DNA of 64,000 nt from an uncultured Acidobacteriota bacterium (GTDB lineage: Bacteria; Acidobacteriota; Thermoanaerobaculia; Multivoradales; UBA5704), in assembly GCA_963700145.1 (NCBI GenBank), contig OY969474.1:1728001-1792000 (forward strand), written 5' to 3'. A program made the translations under genes and the position numbers. This document shows positions 1 to 21,500 of this stretch, in pieces; position 1 is the stretch's first letter, and every line of letters begins with the position of its first letter. Below the pieces are notes generated by a model. The model did not search any database, had not been told where the DNA came from, and saw nothing but the letters and a program-made list of their open reading frames with translations.

Positions 1-10873
<10,873 letters not shown>

Positions 10874-10885
10874 TCTCTCTGAGCC

Positions 10886-11380
10886 CTAGCTCGACAGCGC
10901 CTCGTTGAGATGCTTGGCCATCCGGTCGGCGACCTCGGTCGAGGGCGCCACCAAGTGGATCACCGTGCTTCCTTTCCGCAGCACGATCGTCGTCACTCCG
11001 GATTGCGGTGAGATCCACTTGAGGCCGCGATCCCCGACGCCTGGCAACGGCACCGCCATCGCAGTAATGCGCAGCTCGAGGGACTCCATGTGAGCGATCG
11101 CCTCCTGCTCGGTGGCGGCGGTGAACACCGCGACGGTCAGCGCCTGCTCCTCGTGCTGGAAGTGGTAGGTGACCGTCGCCTTTCCCATCGCCTTTCCCGC
11201 CGCCTCTCGGCGTTCCAGGGTCCAGGCGGGCTCTCGCGACCGCAGGACGGAGGCGGCGTCGAGCCGCCGCAGCTCGCCGCCACACGCGGCGTCAGCTCCC
11301 CAGAGGCAGCCGATCAGGAGGGCCAGAAGCGCTCTCGAGGTCCTCTCCGTTGGCCTGAGCATGAGCTCAACGCTGTCCAT
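10886..11380 (-). CDS. Small exported hypothetical protein
   Basis: ORF 10886..11437; ATG at 11380 (alternative 11362) overlaps the upstream stop; hydrophobic N-terminus ALLALLIGCLWGADA. Confidence 0.65.
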   Translation of the reverse strand: MDSVELMLRPTERTSRALLALLIGCLWGADAACGGELRRLDAASVLRSREPAWTLERREAAGKAMGKATVTYHFQHEEQALTVAVFTAATEQEAIAHMESLELRITAMAVPLPGVGDRGLKWISPQSGVTTIVLRKGSTVIHLVAPSTEVADRMAKHLNEALSS

Positions 11381-12107
11381 TCTTCTCTTTCGGTTTTGTC
11401 GTTTCGATCCGCTTGAGCGACACCTGCGTCCACGCACCGGTCTCCGGATTGAAGCGATACCCGATCTGACGGCATTTGTCGTCAGTTGCCTTCGTTGTGA
11501 TCAGCAATCCGGCTCGGTCGGAGCTGACGTCCATCTTGCGGCTGTCGCAGAACTCGTCGGACCAGAGCGAGATCAGGAACTTCGCCTGCGGAAGGCGGGT
11601 CTCGAGCACCTCTCGTGTACCGCCGCCGGTCAGTTCCCTCGGCACAGGAAACACTCGGAGCTCAACGCTGCCCAGCTCGCCTTGCAGGACCACGACGTAG
11701 GTCGCTCCCGTACCGTCGTCGTGAACTACGTCGGCATCGAACCATGCCTCGGCCGCCTGGAGCTTGAGCTCGGTCGCGCGCCCCCTCCACAGAGTTTTCG
11801 CCGAGCGCGAATCGCCCAGCGTCGACTCGACCAGCACCAGCGGCGTCCCCTCGTACACCCCGGGTTGCTTGCTCATCGCGCTCCACGGGTCTCGGGGCGA
11901 CTTCGTAGCCTCTGCAGGCGGGGCGGCCGGAGCTTTTTGGCGAGACAGCGCCAGGACTCGAACCTGAGTGCCGTTCCAGTAGGCGATACCCGAGAGGAGC
12001 TCCAACCCTGCGGCCGGGTCAGCCGTTGCCGCCTCGGCTGCAGACGCTGCGACGGCGAGGTGGCTCACCAGGCCGAGCATTCCAAAAAGTGGGGTGAAGA
12101 CGCTCAT
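11367..12107 (-). CDS. Exported hypothetical protein (candidate immunity/partner protein)
   Basis: ATG at 12107 downstream of GAGGAG; signal-peptide-like MSVFTPLFGMLGLVSHLAVAASAAEA; begins 7 nt after the stop of the 2036-aa gene. Confidence 0.7.
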   Translation of the reverse strand: MSVFTPLFGMLGLVSHLAVAASAAEAATADPAAGLELLSGIAYWNGTQVRVLALSRQKAPAAPPAEATKSPRDPWSAMSKQPGVYEGTPLVLVESTLGDSRSAKTLWRGRATELKLQAAEAWFDADVVHDDGTGATYVVVLQGELGSVELRVFPVPRELTGGGTREVLETRLPQAKFLISLWSDEFCDSRKMDVSSDRAGLLITTKATDDKCRQIGYRFNPETGAWTQVSLKRIETTKPKEKNGQR

Positions 12108-12114
12108 CGCTGCG

Positions 12115-15100
12115 CTACTCCTCGCCAAAAGTCGCCTCCGGTAGATTTGCCGGAGTAAACACCAGCTCTTGCGCGCTCGGACTCTTCTTCCTGGCCAAAG
12201 GAAATGGAGGCTGGGCCACGCTGACCGTCATGATGCCGACGACCGAGGCACGTTCCCATGCGAGCTCGTCGGGGAAGGGCCCGTTGCCATACGACGGATC
12301 GTAGATCTGCCCGTTGCGGCGGACGATGAAGTGGTTTCTGAAGAAGGCCGGGGGATTCTGCGTCAGCTGGGCCGCAGCTCCCGGCTGATCGGCAACATCA
12401 CCAAACAGCGAGCCGAACTCGATCCGGTCCTCTTCATCGAACAGGAGGAACGGGAAGCGCGCGTTGAGGGAGGCGAGCACTCCTTCTGCCTCCACATCGG
12501 TCGCCGCGACCTGGGTATCGAGATTGCCGTTGCGGCCAGGGGTCATGCAAGTGGGCATCCCTTGACGCGAAGGGATGTCGTCTCCGGCTCGCGTCGACTC
12601 GCAGGTGTTGTCACTTCCGGGCAGGATATGTTTGCCAAAATTCCAGTCCCTGACCAAGAAAAACTGCGCCTCCGGGTGCACCGTTTGGTCGGGTTGTACC
12701 TGCACCACCTGGGAACCAGGGATGCCGAGCGCAGAGGCGGTCTTGTGGAGCAGGTTTGCCCACGCGCCGCAGCTACCGACACCGTTGAGGCTCGCGTCGC
12801 CGGGCGTCGGATTGATCATCTGGGTCATCAGCATGCATTGTGTGAACACGGGGACGTTGAGGGGATCTCCGCGTTCAAACCAGTAACGCATCACCTGCCC
12901 GTCCTCTTTGTTGAAGCCGTCGATCGCCTTGCGCCGGATGCTACGGTCGGCGAAGTCGCTCCAGATCCGCCCAAACGCATCGTCGGCGGCGGAGGCTCCT
13001 TCGGCGTTGCGGCAGCCGATGTCGAGCAGGGTCTCGTACAACGACGCGCCATCGATCGGATCGGCGAGTGTGACGTAGACGCGGTTGTCCGTCTTGCCCA
13101 AATCGGTCCAGGTCCCGCCATCGTCGAGCGAGATCTCCCAGCTCACTTCGAAGGGATCGAGCAGATCGATCGTGCTCGGCAGAGCACTGCCCGCGCGCAG
13201 GTCGTTCGCGACGATCCGGTCGCCTTGGAAGTTGGCGGTGGTGGCTGGAAATTCGATCCCCCCGGCGCCGTGCCCGCGGACCTGGATCTGGCCCGCGGCG
13301 TTGCCGGAAAAGGCGGCTCCCGCCTCGATCTCGAGCGACATCTCGATCGTGCTTCCTTTCACGTAACTCACCGGGAAGCGGCGGTCGCCGGAGTCCGCAG
13401 CGTCGCCGTCCAGGGTTTGCGAGTTGTCCTGCCAGTGCGGCGCGCTGTAAAGTCCGGCGTTCGAATCCTGGCGGACCGCGTGCAGGCCGTCGCCGCCGTA
13501 CCCCGCCTGCTTGATCGATCCGAGAACGATCACCTCGATCTCGTCCGTCTTGGGCGCGACGCTGCCGCATTCGCCGCAGCGGGCCGTCACCTCGGCCGTG
13601 TACGCACCCGGTTTCCCGTAGGCGTGGGAGGCCGACTGCCCCGTCGCCGAGTTACTCCCGGATTGCGGATCTCCGAAATCCCAGTCGTACTTGATGTTGG
13701 TGCAACTTCCCTTGGCCACGGCGGTGAAGACGACCGCCTCGTCCTTGGCGGCGATCCGTTTGTCGTCTTCGCCGTCCGCGGAGGCTTTGACCTCGTCGAT
13801 CGTCATCTCCTTACAGGTGCTGCCGTCACACCTCTGGCAGGAGCTGCACCTCGACACCGGCCGGCCACCTACACAATCGGTGCAACCGCCTGGGTGGCAG
13901 GTGTCGGTCAGCGGCGGTGGCGGCGGTACGCCGCCGGCCCAGCCGGCCTTGGTGATGCCGACGCCGGGATTCGAGCGCAAGAGCCGGCCGTCGGGTGTCA
14001 CCGTCGCGGTGCCGACCGTGAGGAACTCGCCGATGTCGTGGTCGAACGAGAAGAGATCGACCTCCGAGCCCGGCGGCAGCCCGATGTTCGGCAGCGTCAC
14101 CGCCGCCGGCGGATCGAAGCGCGTGCCCGGCGGCTGCACCGTGAACGCCACCGTGAAGTTCGAGCCCATCGGCGCGATCATCGGCACCTTGTCGGCGTGC
14201 ACCTGGGTGAAGGTGACGGTGCCGACCCTCGATCCATCGGGGAACGTCACCGAGTTTGGCGCCACCGTCAGCGTCGCCCCGGGGACCCCTTTCATCTGGA
14301 TCACCACTGCTTCCGGACCGCCGACCAGCTTCCCGCCTGCGACGTCGATCGGCAGCAGCCGGATCGGCATCCCCAAGCTGTTGTCCACGCCGCTGACCGT
14401 GGTGAAGTGGAACTCCAGGCGGGGCCAGGTCCCCGGCCGGCTCGTCGTCGTGCCGTCGACCTCGAGCTTCACCGTGCCCACGGGAACCCCGGCGATGCGG
14501 AAGCGGCCCTGCGCGTCCGAGACCGCCTCGAGGTCCGTGTCCTCGATGGCGAGCGTCACCCCCGGCACCGGATCGTCCTGGTTGTCCAGCACCAGACCCG
14601 CGACGGCTGTCTCGGCCTCGCTGCCTGGCACCGCTCCGGTGATCGCGAACGTCACCGGCAGCTCCGCCAATCCCTCGAACCCCGCCTCCACGAGGTTCAC
14701 GCCGACCCCCGGCTGCGGCCCCAGAATGAACGTGGCCGACGCGATGCCTTGTCCGTTGGTGACCTCGGTCACCGTCTCGGTCCCGGCGAAGGAGCCGCCG
14801 CCCGACACCACGCGATAGGTCACCGGCACCCCTTGCACCGGATTGCCTTGCTCGTCGAAGACCTGCGTCAGCAGGGGCTTGGGATAGGACGCCGAAACCG
14901 CCGCCAGCATCGCCCCGGTGTGATCGTCTCCGGCCGTCCGCACGATGCGGCGCGGCTCGGTCACCGTTGCCGAGGCGCAGAAGATCACCTCCCCAGGGAA
15001 GCCGGCCGAGGTGACCGTCACCTCGTGGTTGCCCGCGCCGGCCCGGCTGCCCAGGAACCAGTCCACCTGGGCCCGGCCCTGCTCGTCGGTCGCGACCGAC

Positions 15101-18100
15101 AGCTTGCTTCCCTCCTCGCCACCGCCCGCCACCTGCCCACCCCCGCGCGTCACCTGAAACAGCACGCGCCGGCCCGGCAGCGGGTTTCCGATGACATCAC
15201 GGAGCCGTACCACCAGCGGGTCCGCCAGCCGCTGTCCGGTCGGCCCCGACTGGCCGTCTCCCAAGAGCATCTCGATCCGCTGCGCCGCATCCGGCACCAA
15301 CGTCACCGCCACCTCGGCCGAGCCCTCGTTGCCTGCCGTGTCCGTCACGGTCACGCGGATGAGGTTCTCTCCTGGCTGCAGGAGCAGGTCGTCGTAGAAG
15401 AACGTCCGCAGCTCCGTCCTGGCGATAAAGCCGTTGACCTTCACCACCGGCGGGGCCACGTCGGCGTTGCTCGACAATGGATCGACGTACTCACCGGTGA
15501 CGGCGATCTGCGGCGAGGTCGTGACCAGCCCCGCACGGGGCGCGGCAATGACAACCCGCGGCGCCGCGGTGTCCCGCACGACGGTCACGGTGGCCGTGCC
15601 GATGCCGCTGCCCTCGCTGCGCGCAATCGCGGTCAGGGTGTTGCCGCCCTCGTGCAGAGGCACGTCCGCGACCACGAACACGCCGTCCTGGAGGATTGCC
15701 TCGATGTCGTTCACGGAGACCGAGTCGGCCTCGGGAGACACCGTGCCGGAGACCTCCACGGCAGAGGCTTGCGTCAGCTCGCCCTGGACCGGCGATTCGA
15801 TGACGAGGGAAAGCTGCAGCGAGATCTCGAAGAGCCGTTCCCGCTCCGCGCGGAATCCCCTCTGGTCCTCGATCGCCGCCTTCAAGGTGTGAAGGCCGGT
15901 GGTGAGCGGCGGCGGCTCGCAGGTGGCCTTCTCGAGCTGCACATCGCACCCGGCCGTCAAGTCCTGCCCGTCGAGGACGACGCTCAGCGTGGAGAGGTCG
16001 ACCCCGGAGCCCGGGTCCGAGTACTCCAGGACGATCTCCGGCGTGGCATCGCCGACGACCAGGCCGGCGGAGGGAGAGACGATCCGCAGCGCCGGCGGCG
16101 TACGGTCGAGCACGATCTCGAAGCTCGAGGCCGCCGTGGCGCGATGGCCTGCACGGTCGGCGATCTCTGCCGCGACCGCGTGCTGACCTTCCGCGAGCTG
16201 CGGCGGCTCGCAGAGTGCCGAGCTGGCGGTCACGGTGCACGAGCTCCGGATCGAGGTGCCGTCGACCTCGACCTCCAGGGTCGCCGGATCGACGCCCGAG
16301 GTGGCATCCGAGAAGTCGACGATGACGGCCGGCGTGAGGTCGCCTTCGACGAGTGGGCCGGGAGACGCGATGCGCAGCACGGGCGGGACCGTGTCGGTGG
16401 TGAAGCTCCATTCAGCCCGTGCCTCGTTGCCGGCGTTGTCCCGCAGCGCGATCTCGGCCGCGTGCACCCCGTCCGGCAGTGCCGACGGGGGCGACCAGCT
16501 CAAGCCCGAGGCGCCGACCTGCGCCCCAGCCGTCCGGTCCACCCCGTCCAGCACCAGCCGCACACTGGTCGGGTCCACCCCTGAGCCTGCGTCGAGAAAG
16601 CTCGCCGCAACGACCGGCGTGGCCGAGGACAGGAGGCTGCCGTTCGCAGGCACGAGCCCCGAGATGCTGGGCGGCGAGCTGTCCTCGCCCCCGGCTGTCT
16701 CGAAAACGACGACGAGCCTCGGGATCTCCCCCGTCAGGGTCTCTCGGGACCGGTACTCGATCAGCCCGCTCTCACCTTCCCCGGTCTTCTTGAGGATCCA
16801 GCCGTGATGAGGAGCACCGGCCAGGAAGGCCGCGAGGTCCGCCGTGACTTCATAACCGACCCAGCCGCTCAAGCCATTCGTATGGAGCACGCTCGCCGTC
16901 GTCACGGCCTCGTATGTGCCGCCGGCCCACTGCGGGTTGCAGTCGGCCTGCTGGTTGCCGGGGTTGGCGTCGCTGGCGCAGTTCCAGGTGGCGCCGGCCT
17001 CGGTCCATGGCGCCGTCAACCGGTGGGCATCGACGGTGCGGCCGGCACTGCCCCAGTTGTCTCCGTTCTGCGCGATGAAGAGCTCGAGATGGGCCGACCG
17101 CAAGGTGGCGCCTTGCAGCGCCGAGGCCATGGCCGCCGGATCGAAGCGCACGAGAGAGCGGTTCTTGCCGCTCTGGCGGACGCGCAGCAGGGCCTCGCTC
17201 CCTTGGTTCTGGTTCGGGGAGCCCTGGCGGAGGTCAGTGTCCGCGACAGCGGGGAAGGTCACCGTGTGCAGACCAGGTCCGACCAGGAGCTCAAAAGCGC
17301 GGGACGCTTGCGCAGCGTTCCCGGCCTGGTCCGCAAGAGTCACCTGCACCGCATGCGCACCCCCCGCGAGCGGCGGCGGCTCGCAGGTGGCGGACGCGGA
17401 GCCCGTCGTGCAATTCCCGGTGATGTTCGTGGCATCCACGAGCACCTGCAGGGAGGCCGGATTCACTCCCGAGCCACCGTCGGCATACTCGATGCGGATC
17501 TCCGGTGTCGTGTCGTTGATGACCACCGAAGGCGATGGTGCAGTGATCGCCAGCGACGGCGGCACTTCGTCGAACGTCGCGCTTTCCACCACCAGCACCA
17601 GCCGCGGTGCCCGATCGCTCGTCCCCTGCCGCGACCCGTAGTCGGCATTGCCGCTGGCCGTTTCGTCCGCCAGCTTGGCCAGCCAGCCGAAGTTGGAGGT
17701 CCCGGCGAGGAAGGCCCGTACGTCCGCCAGCACGTTGAGCTGCACTCGCCCGGACGTGGTGTTGGTATGGAGGACCGATTCGCTCGCGTCGGCCTCGAAG
17801 CTGCCGCCGGCCCACTGCGTCGCGCAGTTCGGCTGGCTGTTGGCCGGACTCAAGTCATCCGCGCAGTTCCAGGTGGCACCGCTCTCCGTCCACGCGGCCG
17901 TCACGCGATGGAGGTCAACCGTCCGTCCGGTTGACCCCCAACTGCCGCTGCCGGTCACGTACAGCTCGAGCGTCGCCGACGCCAGCGAGCCACTGCCCAC
18001 GGCCGCCGCGATCGCCGCCTGATCCATCCGCACGAGCGCGCGGTTGCTGCCGCTCTGCTGGACGCGCAGGACCGTCTCCTGCCCCTGGTTCTGATTGGGG

Positions 18101-18225
18101 CTGCCCAGCCGCAGGTAGGTGTCGGCCACCGCCGGGAGAGTGGACGTCTGCGCCTCGCCGCGAGCGACAAGGCCGATCCACAGGAGGAGACAGGCTGTCG
18201 ACGTCCTGTTCACACACCTCCCCAC
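12115..18225 (-). CDS. Large secreted protein: two DNRLRE/CBM96-like domains, Ig-like repeats, carboxypeptidase-regulatory-like domain, PKD domain, C-terminal transglutaminase/papain-like domain
   Basis: 2036-aa ORF; signal peptide; duplicated ADTxLRxGSPNQNQG domain; DTxPP Ig linkers; PKD motif YDWDFGD...SHAYGKPGAYTAEV; GSCGAWANLL / NHFIV / YDPSYG. Confidence 0.88.
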   Translation of the reverse strand: MGRCVNRTSTACLLLWIGLVARGEAQTSTLPAVADTYLRLGSPNQNQGQETVLRVQQSGSNRALVRMDQAAIAAAVGSGSLASATLELYVTGSGSWGSTGRTVDLHRVTAAWTESGATWNCADDLSPANSQPNCATQWAGGSFEADASESVLHTNTTSGRVQLNVLADVRAFLAGTSNFGWLAKLADETASGNADYGSRQGTSDRAPRLVLVVESATFDEVPPSLAITAPSPSVVINDTTPEIRIEYADGGSGVNPASLQVLVDATNITGNCTTGSASATCEPPPLAGGAHAVQVTLADQAGNAAQASRAFELLVGPGLHTVTFPAVADTDLRQGSPNQNQGSEALLRVRQSGKNRSLVRFDPAAMASALQGATLRSAHLELFIAQNGDNWGSAGRTVDAHRLTAPWTEAGATWNCASDANPGNQQADCNPQWAGGTYEAVTTASVLHTNGLSGWVGYEVTADLAAFLAGAPHHGWILKKTGEGESGLIEYRSRETLTGEIPRLVVVFETAGGEDSSPPSISGLVPANGSLLSSATPVVAASFLDAGSGVDPTSVRLVLDGVDRTAGAQVGASGLSWSPPSALPDGVHAAEIALRDNAGNEARAEWSFTTDTVPPVLRIASPGPLVEGDLTPAVIVDFSDATSGVDPATLEVEVDGTSIRSSCTVTASSALCEPPQLAEGQHAVAAEIADRAGHRATAASSFEIVLDRTPPALRIVSPSAGLVVGDATPEIVLEYSDPGSGVDLSTLSVVLDGQDLTAGCDVQLEKATCEPPPLTTGLHTLKAAIEDQRGFRAERERLFEISLQLSLVIESPVQGELTQASAVEVSGTVSPEADSVSVNDIEAILQDGVFVVADVPLHEGGNTLTAIARSEGSGIGTATVTVVRDTAAPRVVIAAPRAGLVTTSPQIAVTGEYVDPLSSNADVAPPVVKVNGFIARTELRTFFYDDLLLQPGENLIRVTVTDTAGNEGSAEVAVTLVPDAAQRIEMLLGDGQSGPTGQRLADPLVVRLRDVIGNPLPGRRVLFQVTRGGGQVAGGGEEGSKLSVATDEQGRAQVDWFLGSRAGAGNHEVTVTSAGFPGEVIFCASATVTEPRRIVRTAGDDHTGAMLAAVSASYPKPLLTQVFDEQGNPVQGVPVTYRVVSGGGSFAGTETVTEVTNGQGIASATFILGPQPGVGVNLVEAGFEGLAELPVTFAITGAVPGSEAETAVAGLVLDNQDDPVPGVTLAIEDTDLEAVSDAQGRFRIAGVPVGTVKLEVDGTTTSRPGTWPRLEFHFTTVSGVDNSLGMPIRLLPIDVAGGKLVGGPEAVVIQMKGVPGATLTVAPNSVTFPDGSRVGTVTFTQVHADKVPMIAPMGSNFTVAFTVQPPGTRFDPPAAVTLPNIGLPPGSEVDLFSFDHDIGEFLTVGTATVTPDGRLLRSNPGVGITKAGWAGGVPPPPPLTDTCHPGGCTDCVGGRPVSRCSSCQRCDGSTCKEMTIDEVKASADGEDDKRIAAKDEAVVFTAVAKGSCTNIKYDWDFGDPQSGSNSATGQSASHAYGKPGAYTAEVTARCGECGSVAPKTDEIEVIVLGSIKQAGYGGDGLHAVRQDSNAGLYSAPHWQDNSQTLDGDAADSGDRRFPVSYVKGSTIEMSLEIEAGAAFSGNAAGQIQVRGHGAGGIEFPATTANFQGDRIVANDLRAGSALPSTIDLLDPFEVSWEISLDDGGTWTDLGKTDNRVYVTLADPIDGASLYETLLDIGCRNAEGASAADDAFGRIWSDFADRSIRRKAIDGFNKEDGQVMRYWFERGDPLNVPVFTQCMLMTQMINPTPGDASLNGVGSCGAWANLLHKTASALGIPGSQVVQVQPDQTVHPEAQFFLVRDWNFGKHILPGSDNTCESTRAGDDIPSRQGMPTCMTPGRNGNLDTQVAATDVEAEGVLASLNARFPFLLFDEEDRIEFGSLFGDVADQPGAAAQLTQNPPAFFRNHFIVRRNGQIYDPSYGNGPFPDELAWERASVVGIMTVSVAQPPFPLARKKSPSAQELVFTPANLPEATFGEE

Positions 18226-18388
18226 GAGAGCAGGCCTGGTTAGCCGTGTCAGGGACGAACTGCAAGAAAGGCAGGTTGCTGCAGCGACGATAACAGGGCT
18301 TTAAGTGCTGGTCAACGTAGAAAAATGCAAGACGATTCTAGATATTGAGATATCTAGCCTCGCATTTCGCAGCAGATTGTTGATTAAT

Positions 18389-18465
18389 TGGTGCGGCTGG
18401 GAGGACTCGAACCCCCGACCAAGGGTTTAGGAAACCCCTGCTCTTTCCACCTGAGCTACAGCCGC
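18389..18465 (-). tRNA. tRNA-Arg (anticodon CCT)
   Basis: Reverse complement GCGGCTGTAGCTCAGGTGGAAAGAGCAGGGGTTTCCTAAACCCTTGGTCGGGGGTTCGAGTCCTCCCAGCCGCACCA folds as a cloverleaf with GTTCGA T-loop, encoded CCA and anticodon loop TT-CCT-AA. Confidence 0.96.
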
Positions 18466-18472
18466 CCGGGCC

Positions 18473-18478
18473 AGTATA
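18473..18478 (-). promoter_or_regulatory. Probable sigma70 -10 element (TATACT) for the tRNA
   Basis: TATACT 7 nt upstream of the tRNA 5' end in a GC-rich background. Confidence 0.5.
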
Positions 18479-18506
18479 ACTTGCCCTCTCCGGCCCGGGG
18501 GCCCTA

Positions 18507-21500
18507 CTACGGCCGCCTCTCCTCCGGCTCTGCCGGATGCCATCGTCCTTGTGGATCGCCGGTGAGGCTGAATGCGGCCCAGAACCTCGGATCGCGGTAG
18601 AGCGAGCCCCGCAAGAGCGCCAACTGCGCTTCGCGCAGAGCCTCGGCGGCCGAGGCGCCGGCGACGAGACGGCGGTAAAGCTCCTCCATGAGCACCGCCG
18701 CCGCCTCGTCGTCGATGTCCCACAGCGTCGAGATCACTCCCGGGCTGCCGGCGTCGAGCAGGGCCCGCGTCAGGCCCACGACCTCGTCCCCGCGGCTGCG
18801 CTCGCCGACTGCGCTCCGGCAGGCGGAAAGCACGACGAGGTTGACGCCCGAGAGGTCCAGATCCGTGAGGATCTCGTGGACTTCGAGGTTGCCGTCGCGT
18901 CCCCCTCCCGGCGCCAGCACGATGCGGCTGAACAACGGGTTGGCTGGATCGTAGATGCCGTGCGCCGCGATGTGCAGGAGGTCCACCTCCCCGGACAGCT
19001 CGGAGAGGCGATGTTCCGTGGCCTCGGCCCCGAGCAGCGGGCGGGTGCCGAGGAGCCGGGCGATGATCTCGGCCTCTCGCCGCGCCGCGGGGAGAGAGCG
19101 GAGCGCAGGATCGAGCTCTTCCGGCTCTCCCAGAACCAGCGCTCGGCCCTGGACGGGGGACTCGAGCTGGCGGAGGAATCCGACCGCGCTGGCGCTCGGG
19201 GCATAGGTCAACGTGTAGTCCTCGAGCAAGGAGCGTCCTGTCTGCGGGTCGCGCAACGCGGCGAAAGGGAGGTAATGCAGCTCGCCGTGCGGGACCACGA
19301 TCAGCCGCCGGTGCCGGAGGTCTCCACGCAGCGGAGCGACGAGCTTTTCGTAGAGCGCCTCGGGCCGGACGATTTCGCCTTCGCAGCGGGGGTCGAGAGG
19401 TCTTGCGCCTCGGCCTCCGCCTTGGCGCCTCAGCTCGTCGATCCAGCATGCGGCGTTGCGGAGATCCTCGGCGCCGGCGGGCAGCACCACGTGCCGGAAG
19501 GTCTCCCTGTCGAGCACCCAGGCATGGACTTGGGACGCGACGAAGTAACTGATGAGACTGGTGCCAGGGGCAAGGCTCTCGCGCACCGCTTGGAGCCGCT
19601 GTGGCTCGAAGTGGGTGGGTGGCGCCGCGCCACGTCCCGTCACTTTGAGCCGCACCAGGAGCGACTGGTAACGCTCCCGAGCGCGGCCGAGGTCGGCCGT
19701 CAGCCGTGCCCGCTCGCCGGCCGGAGCGGCGAGGAGCCGCTGCTCCGAGTCCTGGATCTGCGCCCGCAGGTTCCTGGCATCCGCCGCGAGCTGCGAACCC
19801 GCGTACCCCGGCTCGAGTCGCGGGCTGCCGAGGCCCTGGAGGAACGCCCGCGAACGTGCGCGTTCGGCGTAGTCGAACGCGTCGGCGGGCCGGCCTTGCC
19901 GTACCAGCAGATCGATGAGATCGGCGAAGAGGGTTTGCTTGTCACTGCCCAGATAACCGGCTACGAACTCCTCGAGTCGTACGTCGGCAACGGTCTGCTC
20001 GACGGCAGCTACCGCCCGGGTGAGGTGATCGATGGCTTCCTCGTCCTTGCCTTCCCTGCCGTAGGATCTGCCGATCATCGCCAGCAGACCGACCTCCAAA
20101 TCGCGGCGCGGCGCGGCGGCCAGCGCCGCTAGCCACGGCTCGCGCGCCGCCGCTAGCTCGCCGCGCTGGTAGTGGGCGTAACCTTGCACGAAAAGCGGTA
20201 GGACTTGGAGATCGACTAGTCGCGTCTTCTCGCCAGGCAGGGCCGGCTTCCCCGGGGCCGCGGGGTTCCCGGCAGTCATCTGAGCGAGCTCCGAGAACAC
20301 TCCGAGCAGGAGTTGTCCCTCCTCCCGGGACACGATCTCTCGCACCTCGGGAAGCGCCAGTGTCGCCATCAGCGCCTCGCTCACTTCGCTTGCCGACCCC
20401 TGATCCGTTCGGAACCGCTCGATTGCGGCCAGCAGCTCGACCCACCCACCGAGCAGGCGCGAACCAATCTGCTGAGCCAGCGCACGCGCCTTCTCCAGGG
20501 CGGCACTGGCACTGGCACGCGCGTCGAAGCGCGCGTAAACCTGGGACAGGTCAAGCCAGGTCCGCGCTTCGTCGTCGGGTGCATCGGCGGTCTGGAGAAG
20601 CTGGACCGCGCTTTCCAAATGGGCAGCCGCTTGTTCGGGCTGCTCCGCCTTGAGCGCGAGGCGCGCCAGCTGCTTGTAGACGAACGCCTGCCAGCGCAGA
20701 TTGCCCGCGGCACGGGCGAAGAACAGGGCCTCCCTGAGGGTGTCTGCGGCTGCGGCGCCTTGCCCGCCGAGCGAGAGCGCCCTGGCACGCAGCACCAGGG
20801 CCGAGAACTCTGCGGTCGGCTCCCCGCCGCGGGTGACGGCGAGTGCGCGCTCGCTCAGCGGGAGAGCCTCTTCGGGGCGCCCGCTCGCGATCTCGATCTC
20901 GATGAGAAACGCCAGGATCTCCCACGTGCGCGCCGCGCTCGCCCGGCCGAGCGCTTGGCGGAAGATCCCCCTCGCCTCGTCGAGCCGCCACTGGCGCCGG
21001 CGCAGATCTCCCAGGATGATCGCCAGCTCCTCCTCGAACATCCCGCCGAGGCCATCCGAGAGCTCGCGGGCGCGCGACAGCTCGAGCTCGGCCTCTTCCG
21101 CGCTGCCGGTGTCGAGGAGCGCCACCACGGCCGCTTTCCGGGACATGGCCTGCGCGACCCGCAATAGCGTCGGCTTGGCTGCTTCAGGGCGCAGCCGGAA
21201 CTCGCGCAGGAGATCCGGCGGCATCGCAAACCACCTGCCCAGGTACTCGAGACCTTGGGGAGCGAAGCGCGCGGAAGAGGCCTTGACCTCGCTCAGCAGG
21301 CGCAAGGCCTGGCGGTGGTGCGCGAGAGCCTGCTCGGGCCGCCTCTCAGTTCGCTCGATGAGACCCAGCGGCCAGAGCGCCATCCAAGCGCTGAAGCGGT
21401 CCCCCTGCGTCTCGAAGAGCTCGGCGCTCCGCTCGAAGTCGGAAGCCGCGGCGCGGAGATCCCCGGCGCCGAGCTCGGCGGCGCCCAGGAGAAACAGGGA

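Noticed and set aside
12169-16584. 1471-aa plus-strand ORF
   Set aside because: Antisense shadow of the 2036-aa gene.
18247-18276. TGTCAGGGA near the 2036-aa gene start as a fourth sigma motif
   Set aside because: Opposite orientation to the gene and no GCGAA box at 13-nt spacing.
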